NCBI GenBank assembly: GCA_016218805.1
Contig: JACRCW010000076.1
Location: 1 to 64,000, forward strand
DNA: 64,000 nucleotides
Reading direction: 5' to 3'
Source: Deltaproteobacteria bacterium
Lineage (GTDB): Bacteria > Myxococcota > JACRCW01
Shown here: positions 18,832 to 28,263 of the stretch, piece after piece
How positions within the stretch are numbered: the stretch's first letter is position 1
Layout: each line of letters opens with the position of its first letter
The notes under the pieces: model-generated
What the model was told of the DNA's origin: nothing
The model's input: only the letters and a program-made list of their open reading frames with translations
Databases searched by the model: none
Program-made: the position numbers and the translations under genes

Positions 18832-19776
18832 ATGGCTCGACGGCGGATGCTGGTGGTGATGAACCCGTCCGCGCATGACTGGGAGGCGCGGGACCGGTGG
18901 CCGCAGCTGGAACCGGTACTGGCGGCCACGGGTGAGCTCACACTGCTCAACACGGTGGCCGACAACGCCGAGACGGTGGCGTCCGTGGCGGAGAAGGTCC
19001 GCGCGGGGTTTGACCGCGTGGTTGCGATTGGGGGCGACGGCACCGTGCGCCTGGTGTGTTCCGGGATCCTGCGCGGTGCGCCGCAGAAGCCGCCGGAGCT
19101 GGCGGTCATTCCCTTTGGCACGGCCAACAACGTCTCCAAGAGCCTCAAGCTCCCGTTGGATGACCTGCGCGCCATGGCGCAGATTGCCGGGGGTGAACGG
19201 CTCACGGGGTTGGACGTGTGCTGGGCGGCCCTGGACTCCCCGTCCGGCAAGAGCGAGCACGTGTGGGTGAACTGTGTGGGCGTGGGCATGGATGCCGACG
19301 TGGTGGCGGCGCGCGGGCGGTACCGCGGACTGGGGAGTTACACGTCTTACGCGGCGGCCATGGCGGAGCGTGCGCTGGAGCAGCGCAGCCTGGATGTGGC
19401 GCTGACGCTGGACGGCGCGGCCACGCAACACCGCGTGTTCAACGCGGTGGTGACCAACGTGCCGCTGTACGCGGGCGCGCTGGCCATGCCCAACGCGCGG
19501 ATGGATGACGGAATCCTTGACGTGTACCTGTTTGGCCGCAACGAGTACGGCTCCAAGGTGCTCTCCTACTTCATCAAGCAGGCGGACATCCTGGACCTGG
19601 GCGTGTCTGGCCTGCTGGACGAGGTGACGCAGAACCAGCGCGAGTTCCACGGCCGCGAGGTGCGCATCCGCCTGGCGTACCCGCGCGCGGTGCAGGTGGA
19701 CGGCGACGCCGTGGGCGAGGCCAGCGACATGGTCCTGCGCGTGGTCCTGCAGTTGCGGACCGCGTGCGGCACCTGA
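18832..19776 (+). CDS. Diacylglycerol/lipid kinase family protein
   Basis: MNP, GGDGTV, PFGTANN, MDDG and QVDGD motifs; AGGAGG RBS. Confidence 0.9.
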   Translation: MARRRMLVVMNPSAHDWEARDRWPQLEPVLAATGELTLLNTVADNAETVASVAEKVRAGFDRVVAIGGDGTVRLVCSGILRGAPQKPPELAVIPFGTANNVSKSLKLPLDDLRAMAQIAGGERLTGLDVCWAALDSPSGKSEHVWVNCVGVGMDADVVAARGRYRGLGSYTSYAAAMAERALEQRSLDVALTLDGAATQHRVFNAVVTNVPLYAGALAMPNARMDDGILDVYLFGRNEYGSKVLSYFIKQADILDLGVSGLLDEVTQNQREFHGREVRIRLAYPRAVQVDGDAVGEASDMVLRVVLQLRTACGT

Positions 19777-19780
19777 GGGA

Positions 19781-20680
19781 TCAATCCGCGGCGATGAACG
19801 CGTCGGGGGCGCCTTCGGTGGGCATCATCCCGCGCGCGATGGGGACGGTGCAGTTGCAGTAGTCATACAGGCACGGCCGCGGCCCAGCGTGCGGGTGAAA
19901 GGTGCCGTCCAGCAGGTTGCCCAGGGCTTCCGTGCGGCGGCGTCGCGCGGGGTAGCACCGGTAGGCGTTCCCCTGGTCATCCACGATGAAGTAACGCGCC
20001 CCCGCCCAGCACGGCCGTCCCTGGAATGAGGGCGCCACCATGCCGGTGCGGTTGTGCCCGCCCAGGCGCACCAGCTCACGCACCTGTTCCTGGCCGTACG
20101 CCACCACGCGCCCATCCTGCTTGTCCGGCTGGACCTTGAAGGGGATCCCCGCATCCTCAAAGCGCGCGCGCAGCGCGGGCAGGCGCGGCAGATTGGCCGC
20201 GGTGGCCACGCACGTGGCGCACACGGACGACGACGGGCCGATGCGGCCGGCCACGTGGCGCAGGCGTTCGATGAAGTGCGCGACCGTGCCGTGGCGGCCG
20301 GAGGGGTCCTCTTCGCGTACGTACTCCAAATGCAGGCTGGCACTCAGCACGCTGAGGCGCTCACCCGCGGCGTCCAGGAATGCATCCAGTTCGTTGCGCG
20401 GTGCGGAGAAGTTGGTCACCACACCAACGCGGAAACCGCGCGCGGCCAGCGCGCGCACCACGTCGAGAAACTGCGGGTGGATGAACGGTTCGCCGCCGCT
20501 GAGTTTTACTTCCCATGCACCGGGCAGTGCCACGAACGCATCAATGAACCGCGGCACATCCCGCGCCCACCGGCCGCGGTCATCCTTGAAGCGCTGCGTG
20601 CAGTAGCTGCAGCGGTAGTTGCACGTGGTGTTCATGTTCCAGCTGATGACACCCTCATCAGGAGGCGCGGTTGGCGTCAC
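19781..20680 (-). CDS. Radical SAM protein with C-terminal Cys-rich (twitch-like) domain
   Basis: CNYRCSYC and SGGEP; C-terminal CWAG...RC...C..YCNC. Confidence 0.88.
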   Translation of the reverse strand: MTPTAPPDEGVISWNMNTTCNYRCSYCTQRFKDDRGRWARDVPRFIDAFVALPGAWEVKLSGGEPFIHPQFLDVVRALAARGFRVGVVTNFSAPRNELDAFLDAAGERLSVLSASLHLEYVREEDPSGRHGTVAHFIERLRHVAGRIGPSSSVCATCVATAANLPRLPALRARFEDAGIPFKVQPDKQDGRVVAYGQEQVRELVRLGGHNRTGMVAPSFQGRPCWAGARYFIVDDQGNAYRCYPARRRRTEALGNLLDGTFHPHAGPRPCLYDYCNCTVPIARGMMPTEGAPDAFIAAD

Positions 20681-21616
20681 GCGTCCTCCACCGCGGCGGT
20701 GCCGCGCATGGGCACGCCCTCAATCATCCCGCGGTTGGCCGGCACGGCGCACGGACAGATGGTGTAATGGCACCGGCTGGGGCCGCCGCGCAGTTGCACG
20801 CCGCTGTTGACGTCACCGAGGAGGCCTTCCCCCACGCGCTTGGCGGAGCGGCAGGACCACGCGGTGCCGTCCTGCATCAGCACCAGGTAACGCGCACCGG
20901 TCCAGCAGCGCCGTCCGGTGTACGCCGGTGCAAGGTTGGCCGCGCGCCGTGCCTCCGCCAGTGCAAGGTCACCCACGATGTCACGGACGCGGTCCACCTG
21001 GGCGGGCGTGTACGCGTGCACACCGCCCTTGACCTTCATGAGCTGCGGGAAGAACGCAAAGCCGGCCGCGCGCGCAATCCCGCGCCGCCCGCACCTCATC
21101 CAGCCGGTCCGGGACCAGCACGCAGTTCACCACCACGCGCGCATCATCCGCGAGCAGCGGCCGCAGCGACGTCAACTTGGTGATGAAGGTCTCCGGCGCG
21201 GTGAACTCAAGATGCAGGCTGGCGGAGAGGACGGACAGCCGGCCGTGCGTAAGTTCTGCAAAGCGGCCCAGCACGGGCAGCGGGGCGGACAGGTTGGTCA
21301 GCGTGGACACGCGGTGCCGCGTGCGCATCAGCGCGGGAACAATGCGCTTCATGAAGCCGCGGAACGCGAACGGCTCGCCGCCGGTGGTCTTGATCTCCCA
21401 CGTCCCCGGAAGTGACCCGAGAAACGCGAGCATCCGGTCCAGGTGCTCGTCCGTGGGATGGCCCTGCCGGTGCTCCCGGGATTGAATGCAGTAGGAGCAG
21501 TGGTAGTTGCAGACGCCGCACACCTGCCATTCCACCGTGGGGACGTGTGGCCAGGGCGGTGCCGCGGGTCCGTCCTCCACGGGTGGCTCCGGCGCAAGGC
21601 TCAGCCGCACGCTCAT
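20677..21616 (-). pseudogene. Radical SAM paralog interrupted by a frameshift near 21078
   Basis: The N-part (CNYHCSYC, TGGEP) is in one frame and the C-part (CWTGARY...C..ICPC) in another; joined, they are collinear with the neighbouring paralog. Confidence 0.8.
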
Positions 21617-22725
21617 GCGATCACCCGCAGCGGGTGGGGTGGCGGTGCTTCCGCGCCGCGACCGGTGGCGCGGCGCCAGGCGTCCTCACCGAACAACGCG
21701 CGGAACCGCTCCGACAGCTTCACGTTCTGGTTCAACTTGCCACATTGCCGGCAGCTGTCGGCGTATTCGCCCCGCAACAGGCGCAGGCGCCAGGACTGCC
21801 ACGCCGGGCCGCCCCACAGACCACTGAAGCGCACGCCATCACCAAGCTTCCCGACGACGATCTCCGTGTTGCAGCAGTACAGAACCGTCCCATCCACGGC
21901 GACGCGCGCATAGTGCGGTCCCAGGAAGCAACCGACCTCCTCAATGGGCGCGGTGTGCTCGCCCCCGGTGCGCAGCTGCATCTCCAGCACGTCCAGGTTG
22001 GTGGGGACTCCCAGGGCGCGCGAACGATTCTGCGCGGCATGAAGGCCGTCACCGAGGAGGCGCGCGCGCTGTTCATGAGTGATCAGCGCGGCCTCCGTCC
22101 CGTGGGACAGGCTGGCCAGCTTGAAGTTCACCTGCGCGGCGTGGAACCGGTCCGCGAACTCCACCATTTCGGCGAGCTCGTGCGCGTTGCACGCGGCGAT
22201 GACCTGCACGTGCTTGAAGCGGCGCCCCGCGTCACGGAAGCGGTGGAGCATGGCGTGCAGGCGGTGCCAGTGCGCGGGACCGAACGACGGGTGGAACGCG
22301 AGATACGCGTCCTGCGACGCGCCGTGCACGCCGATGAGGAGCTGGTCCACGCCCAACTGGAGAATGCGGTCCGCATCCGCCGCAACGAGGTTGGTGATGA
22401 CGGTGAGGTGCAGCCCGCGCCGTTTCACATCGGCGAGGATGTCGTAGACCGCGGGGTGCGTGAACGGTTCCCCCATGCCGGAGACGATCACGGACTCAAG
22501 TCCGCCCAGGGCCTGGATGTCGTCCAGGAGAGTGTGCAGCTGCGCCGGTTCCGCGCGCTGGCGCTTCCACGCGACCGGCCGCGCTTTGCGCAGCAACGGG
22601 CTGTGGTCCCAGCAGGTGATGCAGTCGGTGTTGCACGCGTTGGTGATGTCCAGGTGGACGGTCTGTGGGCCCAGGGTGAGGACCCCATCCGTCACCGCAC
22701 GCAAGCGCCGCCTGGCGGGCGTCAC
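21613..22725 (-). CDS. Radical SAM / SPASM-twitch domain protein
   Basis: CNTDCITC and SGMGEP; C-terminal C...DGTVLYCC...CRQC. Confidence 0.88.
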   Translation of the reverse strand: MTPARRRLRAVTDGVLTLGPQTVHLDITNACNTDCITCWDHSPLLRKARPVAWKRQRAEPAQLHTLLDDIQALGGLESVIVSGMGEPFTHPAVYDILADVKRRGLHLTVITNLVAADADRILQLGVDQLLIGVHGASQDAYLAFHPSFGPAHWHRLHAMLHRFRDAGRRFKHVQVIAACNAHELAEMVEFADRFHAAQVNFKLASLSHGTEAALITHEQRARLLGDGLHAAQNRSRALGVPTNLDVLEMQLRTGGEHTAPIEEVGCFLGPHYARVAVDGTVLYCCNTEIVVGKLGDGVRFSGLWGGPAWQSWRLRLLRGEYADSCRQCGKLNQNVKLSERFRALFGEDAWRRATGRGAEAPPPHPLRVIA

Positions 22726-24392
22726 GCGCGGGCCTCGGAGCGCAGCCGTTCACGCAGGCGCGCGGCAAGCGCGGCGTTGCCGAGCTCACCGTCCGTCTGC
22801 GTGTCCGTTGCCAGGCGCGCCAGTCCCGCCAGGTCCACGCCGGCTGCCGCGGCCTGGTCCGCCACGGACATGAGCAGGTCTGCAAACGCGCGCGGGGACA
22901 GCTCACGCTCCGTTCCGAACGCGCGTACCAGCGCGGCGAGGCCGGTCCATTGCCCCGTTGTTGCGCGGTGATGCAGCAGGAGGCACAGCGCATCCGCCAC
23001 GGCCGCGGTGGTGGTCCCCTGCGAGCGCATGCGCCGGCCGAGGGCCTGGGCGACGCGTGTCACCGCGGGCGTGGGGGCACCCGCGCGCGCGGCGGAGTCC
23101 ATCAGCGTGCGCGTCATGCTGAGCGCCGGTGCCGCGCGGTCCACCGCGTCCTCGTCCGGGTGGAGCGCCACCCACAGGTCCACGGCTTCCGCCAGGGAAA
23201 CGCCGCGCGTCCCCAGCTCGCCCAGGAACTCGTCGGTGAGGGCGCCGTGCACGCCGCGCACCAGCGACGGCGGCAACACCAGGGACAGCACCTCAGCGGC
23301 CGCATCGCGCGCGTGATTGGTGAACACTTCCGGGGCCGCTTCCCGCAAGCGCGCAAGGCTGACGGGATCCAGCAACTGCTCCACCCCGCGGCGCACGGAC
23401 GCCGCGTCCCGCGCCTGCGCCGTCAGCGCCGCGCCGCGTTCAACCCACGACGACACGCGCGCCTGCTGATCATCCGCGACCTTTTCCTGCGGAATGAACA
23501 GCGCCGGTACGCCCGCCAACGCGAGTTCGTGGAGCGTGTTGAAGCCGGCGGCGGACACCGCGGCATCCACGCCGGAAAGGTGCGGACCCAGGCCGGGCGC
23601 GGTCCAGAAGGTGACCCGCGGGCCGTGGCGCGCGGGCCCGCGGTGCAACGGGCCAGCGGCGACAACAGCGTGCACGTCCGGGCGCTCGGCAACGAGTTCC
23701 AGCACCGCGTCGACGACGGCATCGACCCCCGGATCACCGCCACCCCCGGCGGACACCAGCAGGCACGTCGCGCCGGTGGGAACACCCAGGCGGCGGCGCG
23801 CCTCGTCACGCGGCAACAGCTCAAAGCGCTCCGTCAGCATGACGGGACCCACGTGCCTCACGCGCGCGTCATCCAGACCGAGCGCATCCGCCACGTCAAC
23901 GGAGCCCATGCCCGGCGGATCCTCCGGGACAATGACGCGATCATAGAGCTGCGCCATGGCGCGGAAGGACGCCCGCTGCGCGAACTCCTCCTTCACCGGC
24001 CGCAGCACCAGCGCCTTGTGCCGGCACAGGTCCAACACGCCCAGCAACTCCTGGAAACTCCCGTTGGGAAACGTATCCACCAGGAGGATGTCCGGGCGCA
24101 GCAGCCCTACCGAATGCCACACCCACTGCTTGGCGAGCCCCAGGTACGCCGGCTTGGGAATGCCTGCCTCGTCGACGATGGACTTGCTGGGCAGCTTGAA
24201 TCCCGCGAAGCCCTCATGGAACAGCAGCGTGTCCGCTTCAGACGTGGTGAGAAACCACTGCTGCGTGCGGATGCCCGCCAGCACGGAGTAGCGCCGGATC
24301 CAGCGGTTGATGGCCACCATGCGGGACAGGTGACCCAGGCCGCTCCCGTTGACGGCGTAGGACACAATGGACAGGTGCCGCGGCGCCTCCAC
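22722..24392 (-). CDS. GT-B glycosyltransferase (GT28 C-terminal-like) with helical C-terminal extension
   Basis: NGSGLGH, VSAGGGG, SAAGFNTLHE and DDQQAR motifs. Confidence 0.8.
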   Translation of the reverse strand: MEAPRHLSIVSYAVNGSGLGHLSRMVAINRWIRRYSVLAGIRTQQWFLTTSEADTLLFHEGFAGFKLPSKSIVDEAGIPKPAYLGLAKQWVWHSVGLLRPDILLVDTFPNGSFQELLGVLDLCRHKALVLRPVKEEFAQRASFRAMAQLYDRVIVPEDPPGMGSVDVADALGLDDARVRHVGPVMLTERFELLPRDEARRRLGVPTGATCLLVSAGGGGDPGVDAVVDAVLELVAERPDVHAVVAAGPLHRGPARHGPRVTFWTAPGLGPHLSGVDAAVSAAGFNTLHELALAGVPALFIPQEKVADDQQARVSSWVERGAALTAQARDAASVRRGVEQLLDPVSLARLREAAPEVFTNHARDAAAEVLSLVLPPSLVRGVHGALTDEFLGELGTRGVSLAEAVDLWVALHPDEDAVDRAAPALSMTRTLMDSAARAGAPTPAVTRVAQALGRRMRSQGTTTAAVADALCLLLHHRATTGQWTGLAALVRAFGTERELSPRAFADLLMSVADQAAAAGVDLAGLARLATDTQTDGELGNAALAARLRERLRSEARA

Positions 24393-24399
24393 GGTTTCC

Positions 24400-25695
24400 T
24401 CAGCTCGCGTCGCGGAAGTCGGAGGCCGCGGTGCGGTCCGACGCCACCGCGGAGATCGCGTCGTCGTGGTGGGAGTGGATGTCGTGGTGGTGAGACCAGC
24501 CGGGGTGGTGCGAATGCCAGTGGTTCACCTCCGGAATGAAGTTCCCGTCCAGGTGGCCGTCCGTCATGTAGTCCCACCACAAGAAGTCACCGATGGGATT
24601 CCAACGGTGGTAGTCGTTGTAGACGACGATCTGGCGGTAGGTGCCGTCGTAACGGTCCCAGCGCTTGTTCCAGTTCTGCGAGCGGTCGCGGAAGCGGCGT
24701 TGGTAGTCCTCATCGGAGAAGCGGCGGCCCTGGTTCTTGGGGAGCACCAGCTTCTGCATGTCCCGCAGGTTCTTGGCCCGCATCTGCTCCATGGCTGCGC
24801 GCGGCTTCACCACCATCTCCTGGTGCACGCCCTCCAGGTAGCGCGTCTTGGCATCCACACCGCTGATGCGCTTGCTGGCCAGCTGCAGGTCGGGCGTGGG
24901 ACACAGCTTGAAACGCTCCGTTTCGTCCAGCGGCTGCAGGTGCTCACGCACGCGTGCACGGACGAGCCCCAGGTGTTTCTGGGGGAGTGCGGCCAGGGCG
25001 GCATCAGCCTGTTGACGCGCGTTGACCAGGTCCGTGATGCGTTTCTGCACGGCCATCAGGTCCGCCTCCTGCTTGCGCAGCGAATCGTAGTTGGCGCGGT
25101 CTTCGCGGTACCGGCGCAGCAGCGCGGCGAAGTCGGTGGCCTGGAAGCGGGGCCCCTCGGTCTCCACGATCTCGTCCGCACGTTTCCAGTGGCGGTAATA
25201 CGACAGGTTCCACCAGCCGTTCTTGTACGCGGGCGTGCCGTACCCGGTGGCCACCAGTTCCTTGAACCCGTTCTCCGACTCCAGCGCGCCCACTGCGTCG
25301 CGCAGCGGGGCGATGTACTCGCGGTGCTCCTCCAGCTTGAGACGCAACTCGGTGGCCTTGCGGTCGCGCTGCTGGAACAGCGGGTCCGCGTCAATGCGCG
25401 CCACCGCCGCCTGCAGCTCCGCGCGCTCGGCGTTCATGGCGTTGGCCACCACGTCGGTGCGGATGGTCGGCAGGCCCAATGCGTGCGCCGCGCCGTCCAG
25501 GGCGGCGGGATCCAGGCCGGGCACCATCAGCTCGGAGAGGTGGCGCCACGCTGCGTCCAACTCGCCGCGCAGCGCGGTCACACTCTCCTGGTGCGTCTTC
25601 TCCGCGGCGGCCATGCGCTGCAGTTCCTGGTCCACCTGCGCGTTCTGCTGCGCGGCGGCACGGACCACGTCGCGCGCGGTGTATTCGCGTGTCAT
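24400..25695 (-). CDS. Hypothetical coiled-coil protein with Trp/His-rich C-terminus
   Basis: Long ORF with host codon bias, overlapping the upstream gene; ends WHSHHPGWSHHHDIHSHHDD. Confidence 0.75.
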   Translation of the reverse strand: MTREYTARDVVRAAAQQNAQVDQELQRMAAAEKTHQESVTALRGELDAAWRHLSELMVPGLDPAALDGAAHALGLPTIRTDVVANAMNAERAELQAAVARIDADPLFQQRDRKATELRLKLEEHREYIAPLRDAVGALESENGFKELVATGYGTPAYKNGWWNLSYYRHWKRADEIVETEGPRFQATDFAALLRRYREDRANYDSLRKQEADLMAVQKRITDLVNARQQADAALAALPQKHLGLVRARVREHLQPLDETERFKLCPTPDLQLASKRISGVDAKTRYLEGVHQEMVVKPRAAMEQMRAKNLRDMQKLVLPKNQGRRFSDEDYQRRFRDRSQNWNKRWDRYDGTYRQIVVYNDYHRWNPIGDFLWWDYMTDGHLDGNFIPEVNHWHSHHPGWSHHHDIHSHHDDAISAVASDRTAASDFRDAS

Positions 25696-26033
25696 GGGCG
25701 GGCTCCCTTGCGGCGCACCACCTCGTCAAGGAACCGGTTGGCGGCCCACTCCAGGTCCTCCACCGTCTCAATGTTGGTGTCATCAATGACAAAGAAGTAC
25801 AGGCGCCCGGCGTCGGCCCATTCGCCCAACCGGCCAATCTCGCGCGGATCCAGGTCGTCAAAGTCGTCCGCCTGGTGCGTCATGTACTCGTAGCCCACGC
25901 GGGACTGGGGGTCCCAGCCATCCGCCTGGAAGGAGACGTCATCCTCCTTGAAGGGGACGTTCTCCTGGACCTGGAAACCACGGCTCTGAAACACGCGCTT
26001 GAGGACGGCGCAGCCCTGTTGTTCCGTCAGCAT
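25692..26033 (-). CDS. Hypothetical protein, possible PD-(D/E)XK-like fold
   Basis: 113 aa with E..ADGWD..VGYEY pattern; stop overlaps the next start. Confidence 0.65.
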   Translation of the reverse strand: MLTEQQGCAVLKRVFQSRGFQVQENVPFKEDDVSFQADGWDPQSRVGYEYMTHQADDFDDLDPREIGRLGEWADAGRLYFFVIDDTNIETVEDLEWAANRFLDEVVRRKGARP

Positions 26034-26078
26034 GCGTCGAGGAGTAGCGGTGACCGGACGGCGTGTAAACGGCCCGGG

Positions 26079-26810
26079 TCAGGGGAAGCCGGTGGTGAAG
26101 CGCAGCGCGTCCAGCACCGCGTCCAGGACCAACACCCCCAGCGAGCCATCCACGACGCCGCGCATGGCCGCTTCACCGACGCCCGAGGCGTCCGGCCGCG
26201 CGCGCAGTCCGGCCCGCGCCCCCAGCAGGGTCACCGCCGCGCCGAACAGCGCGGCCTTGATCAGGGCAAAGGTGATGTCCCCGGCGCGCAACGCATCCAG
26301 GACGATGAACGTGGCGGGCTCGACGGAGAATGCGAGCTTCATGGTGACCGCACCCGCCAACTCCCCGACCACGAGGGCAGGCGGGGCAAGCAGGACAGCC
26401 GCCAAGAACGCGCCCAGGACGTCCGGCGCCGCCAGCACGCGCAGCGGGTCCTCCCCCATCAGTGCCAGCGCGTCCAGCTGTCCGGTGGCCTTGCGCGTGG
26501 CAATGCGCGCGGCCAAGCCCGCGCCGCCGCGCGCCGCCATCATCACGCCCACCATCAGCGGTGCGAACTCCGTGGTCATGAGGACCAGGTACTCCGGCCC
26601 GATGAAACCCTGGTCACCCAACACGCGGCGCGCCTGCCACGCCGCCTGCCAGCACAGGCTGGCGCCCACAAACCCCACCGCCGCGCACACCAGCAAAAAG
26701 CTGCCGGTGAACGTGGCGTCGGCAGCGGCCAGCGCGCGGCGCAGCGGAACATCACGCCGCACCAGGTGGTGCAGCAGGGACCGCGCCAGGGTGAATGCGC
26801 CGTCACTCAT
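26079..26810 (-). CDS. MlaE-family ABC permease (divergent copy)
   Basis: EFAPL, R.GAGLAARIA, QLDAL and VGEA motifs. Confidence 0.8.
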   Translation of the reverse strand: MSDGAFTLARSLLHHLVRRDVPLRRALAAADATFTGSFLLVCAAVGFVGASLCWQAAWQARRVLGDQGFIGPEYLVLMTTEFAPLMVGVMMAARGGAGLAARIATRKATGQLDALALMGEDPLRVLAAPDVLGAFLAAVLLAPPALVVGELAGAVTMKLAFSVEPATFIVLDALRAGDITFALIKAALFGAAVTLLGARAGLRARPDASGVGEAAMRGVVDGSLGVLVLDAVLDALRFTTGFP

Positions 26811-27577
26811 CCGGCCCATCCCACGGTGAGCGCGTGGTTGAGCACCACAATGACGACGATGGAGACGACCGCCGCGCGCATCACGGCGCGCCCCACGCCG
26901 TCCGCGCCGGCGTCCGCAGACATTCCAATGGCGGTGGCGGCCAGCGCGGAGAACAGCCCGTACATGGCGGCCTTGGCCAGCCCCAGCAGCAGGTCACTCC
27001 ACAGCGAATACTTGTGAATGGACCCCCACGTGGTCCACGGGGTGACGTCGCCAAAGGCCCAGGCGAACAGCGTGGCGGAGCCGAGCGACACCGCGTCGGA
27101 CCAGGCCATCAGCAGCACGGCGGCCAGCGGCATGGCGAGGATGCGCGGGGCCACCAGCACGGCGTGCACGTCCACACCGAGCGCGCGCAGCGCGTCCACG
27201 CGGTCGGTCGCTTTCATGGCGGCCAGCTCCGCGGCGTGCAGTGCGCCCAGGCGCGCGGACAGCGCCAGGCCCATCAGCAGCGGGCCCACTTCGCGCACGG
27301 CGGAGAAGTAGGCCGCCCACCCGTACACCTCCGGGGCGCTGTACCGGCGGACGTAGCCCATCCCCTGCACGGCGACGATGCACCCGACGCTGATGGAGGC
27401 GAACACGGTGAGCGGCAGGCACGCCAGCCCGCTGCGCTCCACCTGGCGCACCGTCTCGCGCAGCGGGACCCGGAAGCGCAGCGCGGCGCGGGCCGCGCGC
27501 AGGGCCCCCAGCAGCATGGCACCCGTCACCTGGGTGACGACGAGCACCGGCCGGCCAACGGCAGCGAGCGCGCTCAT
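26807..27577 (-). CDS. mlaE: MlaE-family ABC permease
   Basis: VREVGPLL, AAELAAMK, DALRALG, VAPR and GADGVGRA motifs. Confidence 0.85.
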   Translation of the reverse strand: MSALAAVGRPVLVVTQVTGAMLLGALRAARAALRFRVPLRETVRQVERSGLACLPLTVFASISVGCIVAVQGMGYVRRYSAPEVYGWAAYFSAVREVGPLLMGLALSARLGALHAAELAAMKATDRVDALRALGVDVHAVLVAPRILAMPLAAVLLMAWSDAVSLGSATLFAWAFGDVTPWTTWGSIHKYSLWSDLLLGLAKAAMYGLFSALAATAIGMSADAGADGVGRAVMRAAVVSIVVIVVLNHALTVGWAG

Positions 27578-28263
27578 GCGGCCAGCTCCGCGGCCCAGCC
27601 GCCGGCGTCACCCGCCAACGCATCCAGCCGCCCGCCCCGCATGACCCACACGCGGTGTGCGCGTGCCGCCACCCCGGCGAGATCATGCGTGGTCCACAAC
27701 ACGGCGGCGCCCCGTCCGCGCGCCGCGCCCAGGATCAACTGCACCACGCCCGTCGTCGTCACCGGGTCCAGGCCCGCGGTGGGGTCGTCCAGGATGAGCA
27801 CCGCCGGCTGGGACACCAGCGCGCGCGCCAGGGCCGCCCGCCGCTGCATGCCCCCGCTCAACTCCGCCGGGATCTTCCCCACCGCATCTCCCAGCCCAAA
27901 CTCGTCCAGGAGACCACCGACGCGCGTGCGCACCTGATCCTCCGGCAAGCGTTGGCGCCGGAGCCGCCAGGCCACGTTGTCTAACACGGTCAGGTCATCC
28001 AGCAGGCCGGGCGCGCCCAGCAGCACGCCGGTGCGCGCGCGCACCGCCTCCCACCCGTCAGCGCGTGACGACACGCCGTTCACGCGGACCTCGCCCTCCG
28101 ACGGGTAGAGCCCACACAGCGCGCGCACCAGCAGGCTCTTGCCGCAGCCGGCGGCGCCCACCAGGGCGCCCACTTCGCCGGCGGCCAGCGCCAGGCCCGC
28201 ACCGTCCAGGAAGACCCGCGGGCCCGCGCGGAGCACCAGCCCCGCCGCGGCCAGCGCCGTCAC
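27574..28263 (-). CDS. ABC ATP-binding protein (MlaF-like)
   Basis: Walker A GAAGCGKS, LSGGM, LDDPTAGLDP, THD. Confidence 0.85.
   Translation of the reverse strand: MTALAAAGLVLRAGPRVFLDGAGLALAAGEVGALVGAAGCGKSLLVRALCGLYPSEGEVRVNGVSSRADGWEAVRARTGVLLGAPGLLDDLTVLDNVAWRLRRQRLPEDQVRTRVGGLLDEFGLGDAVGKIPAELSGGMQRRAALARALVSQPAVLILDDPTAGLDPVTTTGVVQLILGAARGRGAAVLWTTHDLAGVAARAHRVWVMRGGRLDALAGDAGGWAAELAA

Noticed and set aside
19781..21616. Prokaryotic viperin call for the CNYxCxYC radical SAM proteins
   Set aside because: They lack recognisable viperin N- and C-terminal motifs and instead carry a Cys-rich twitch-like tail.
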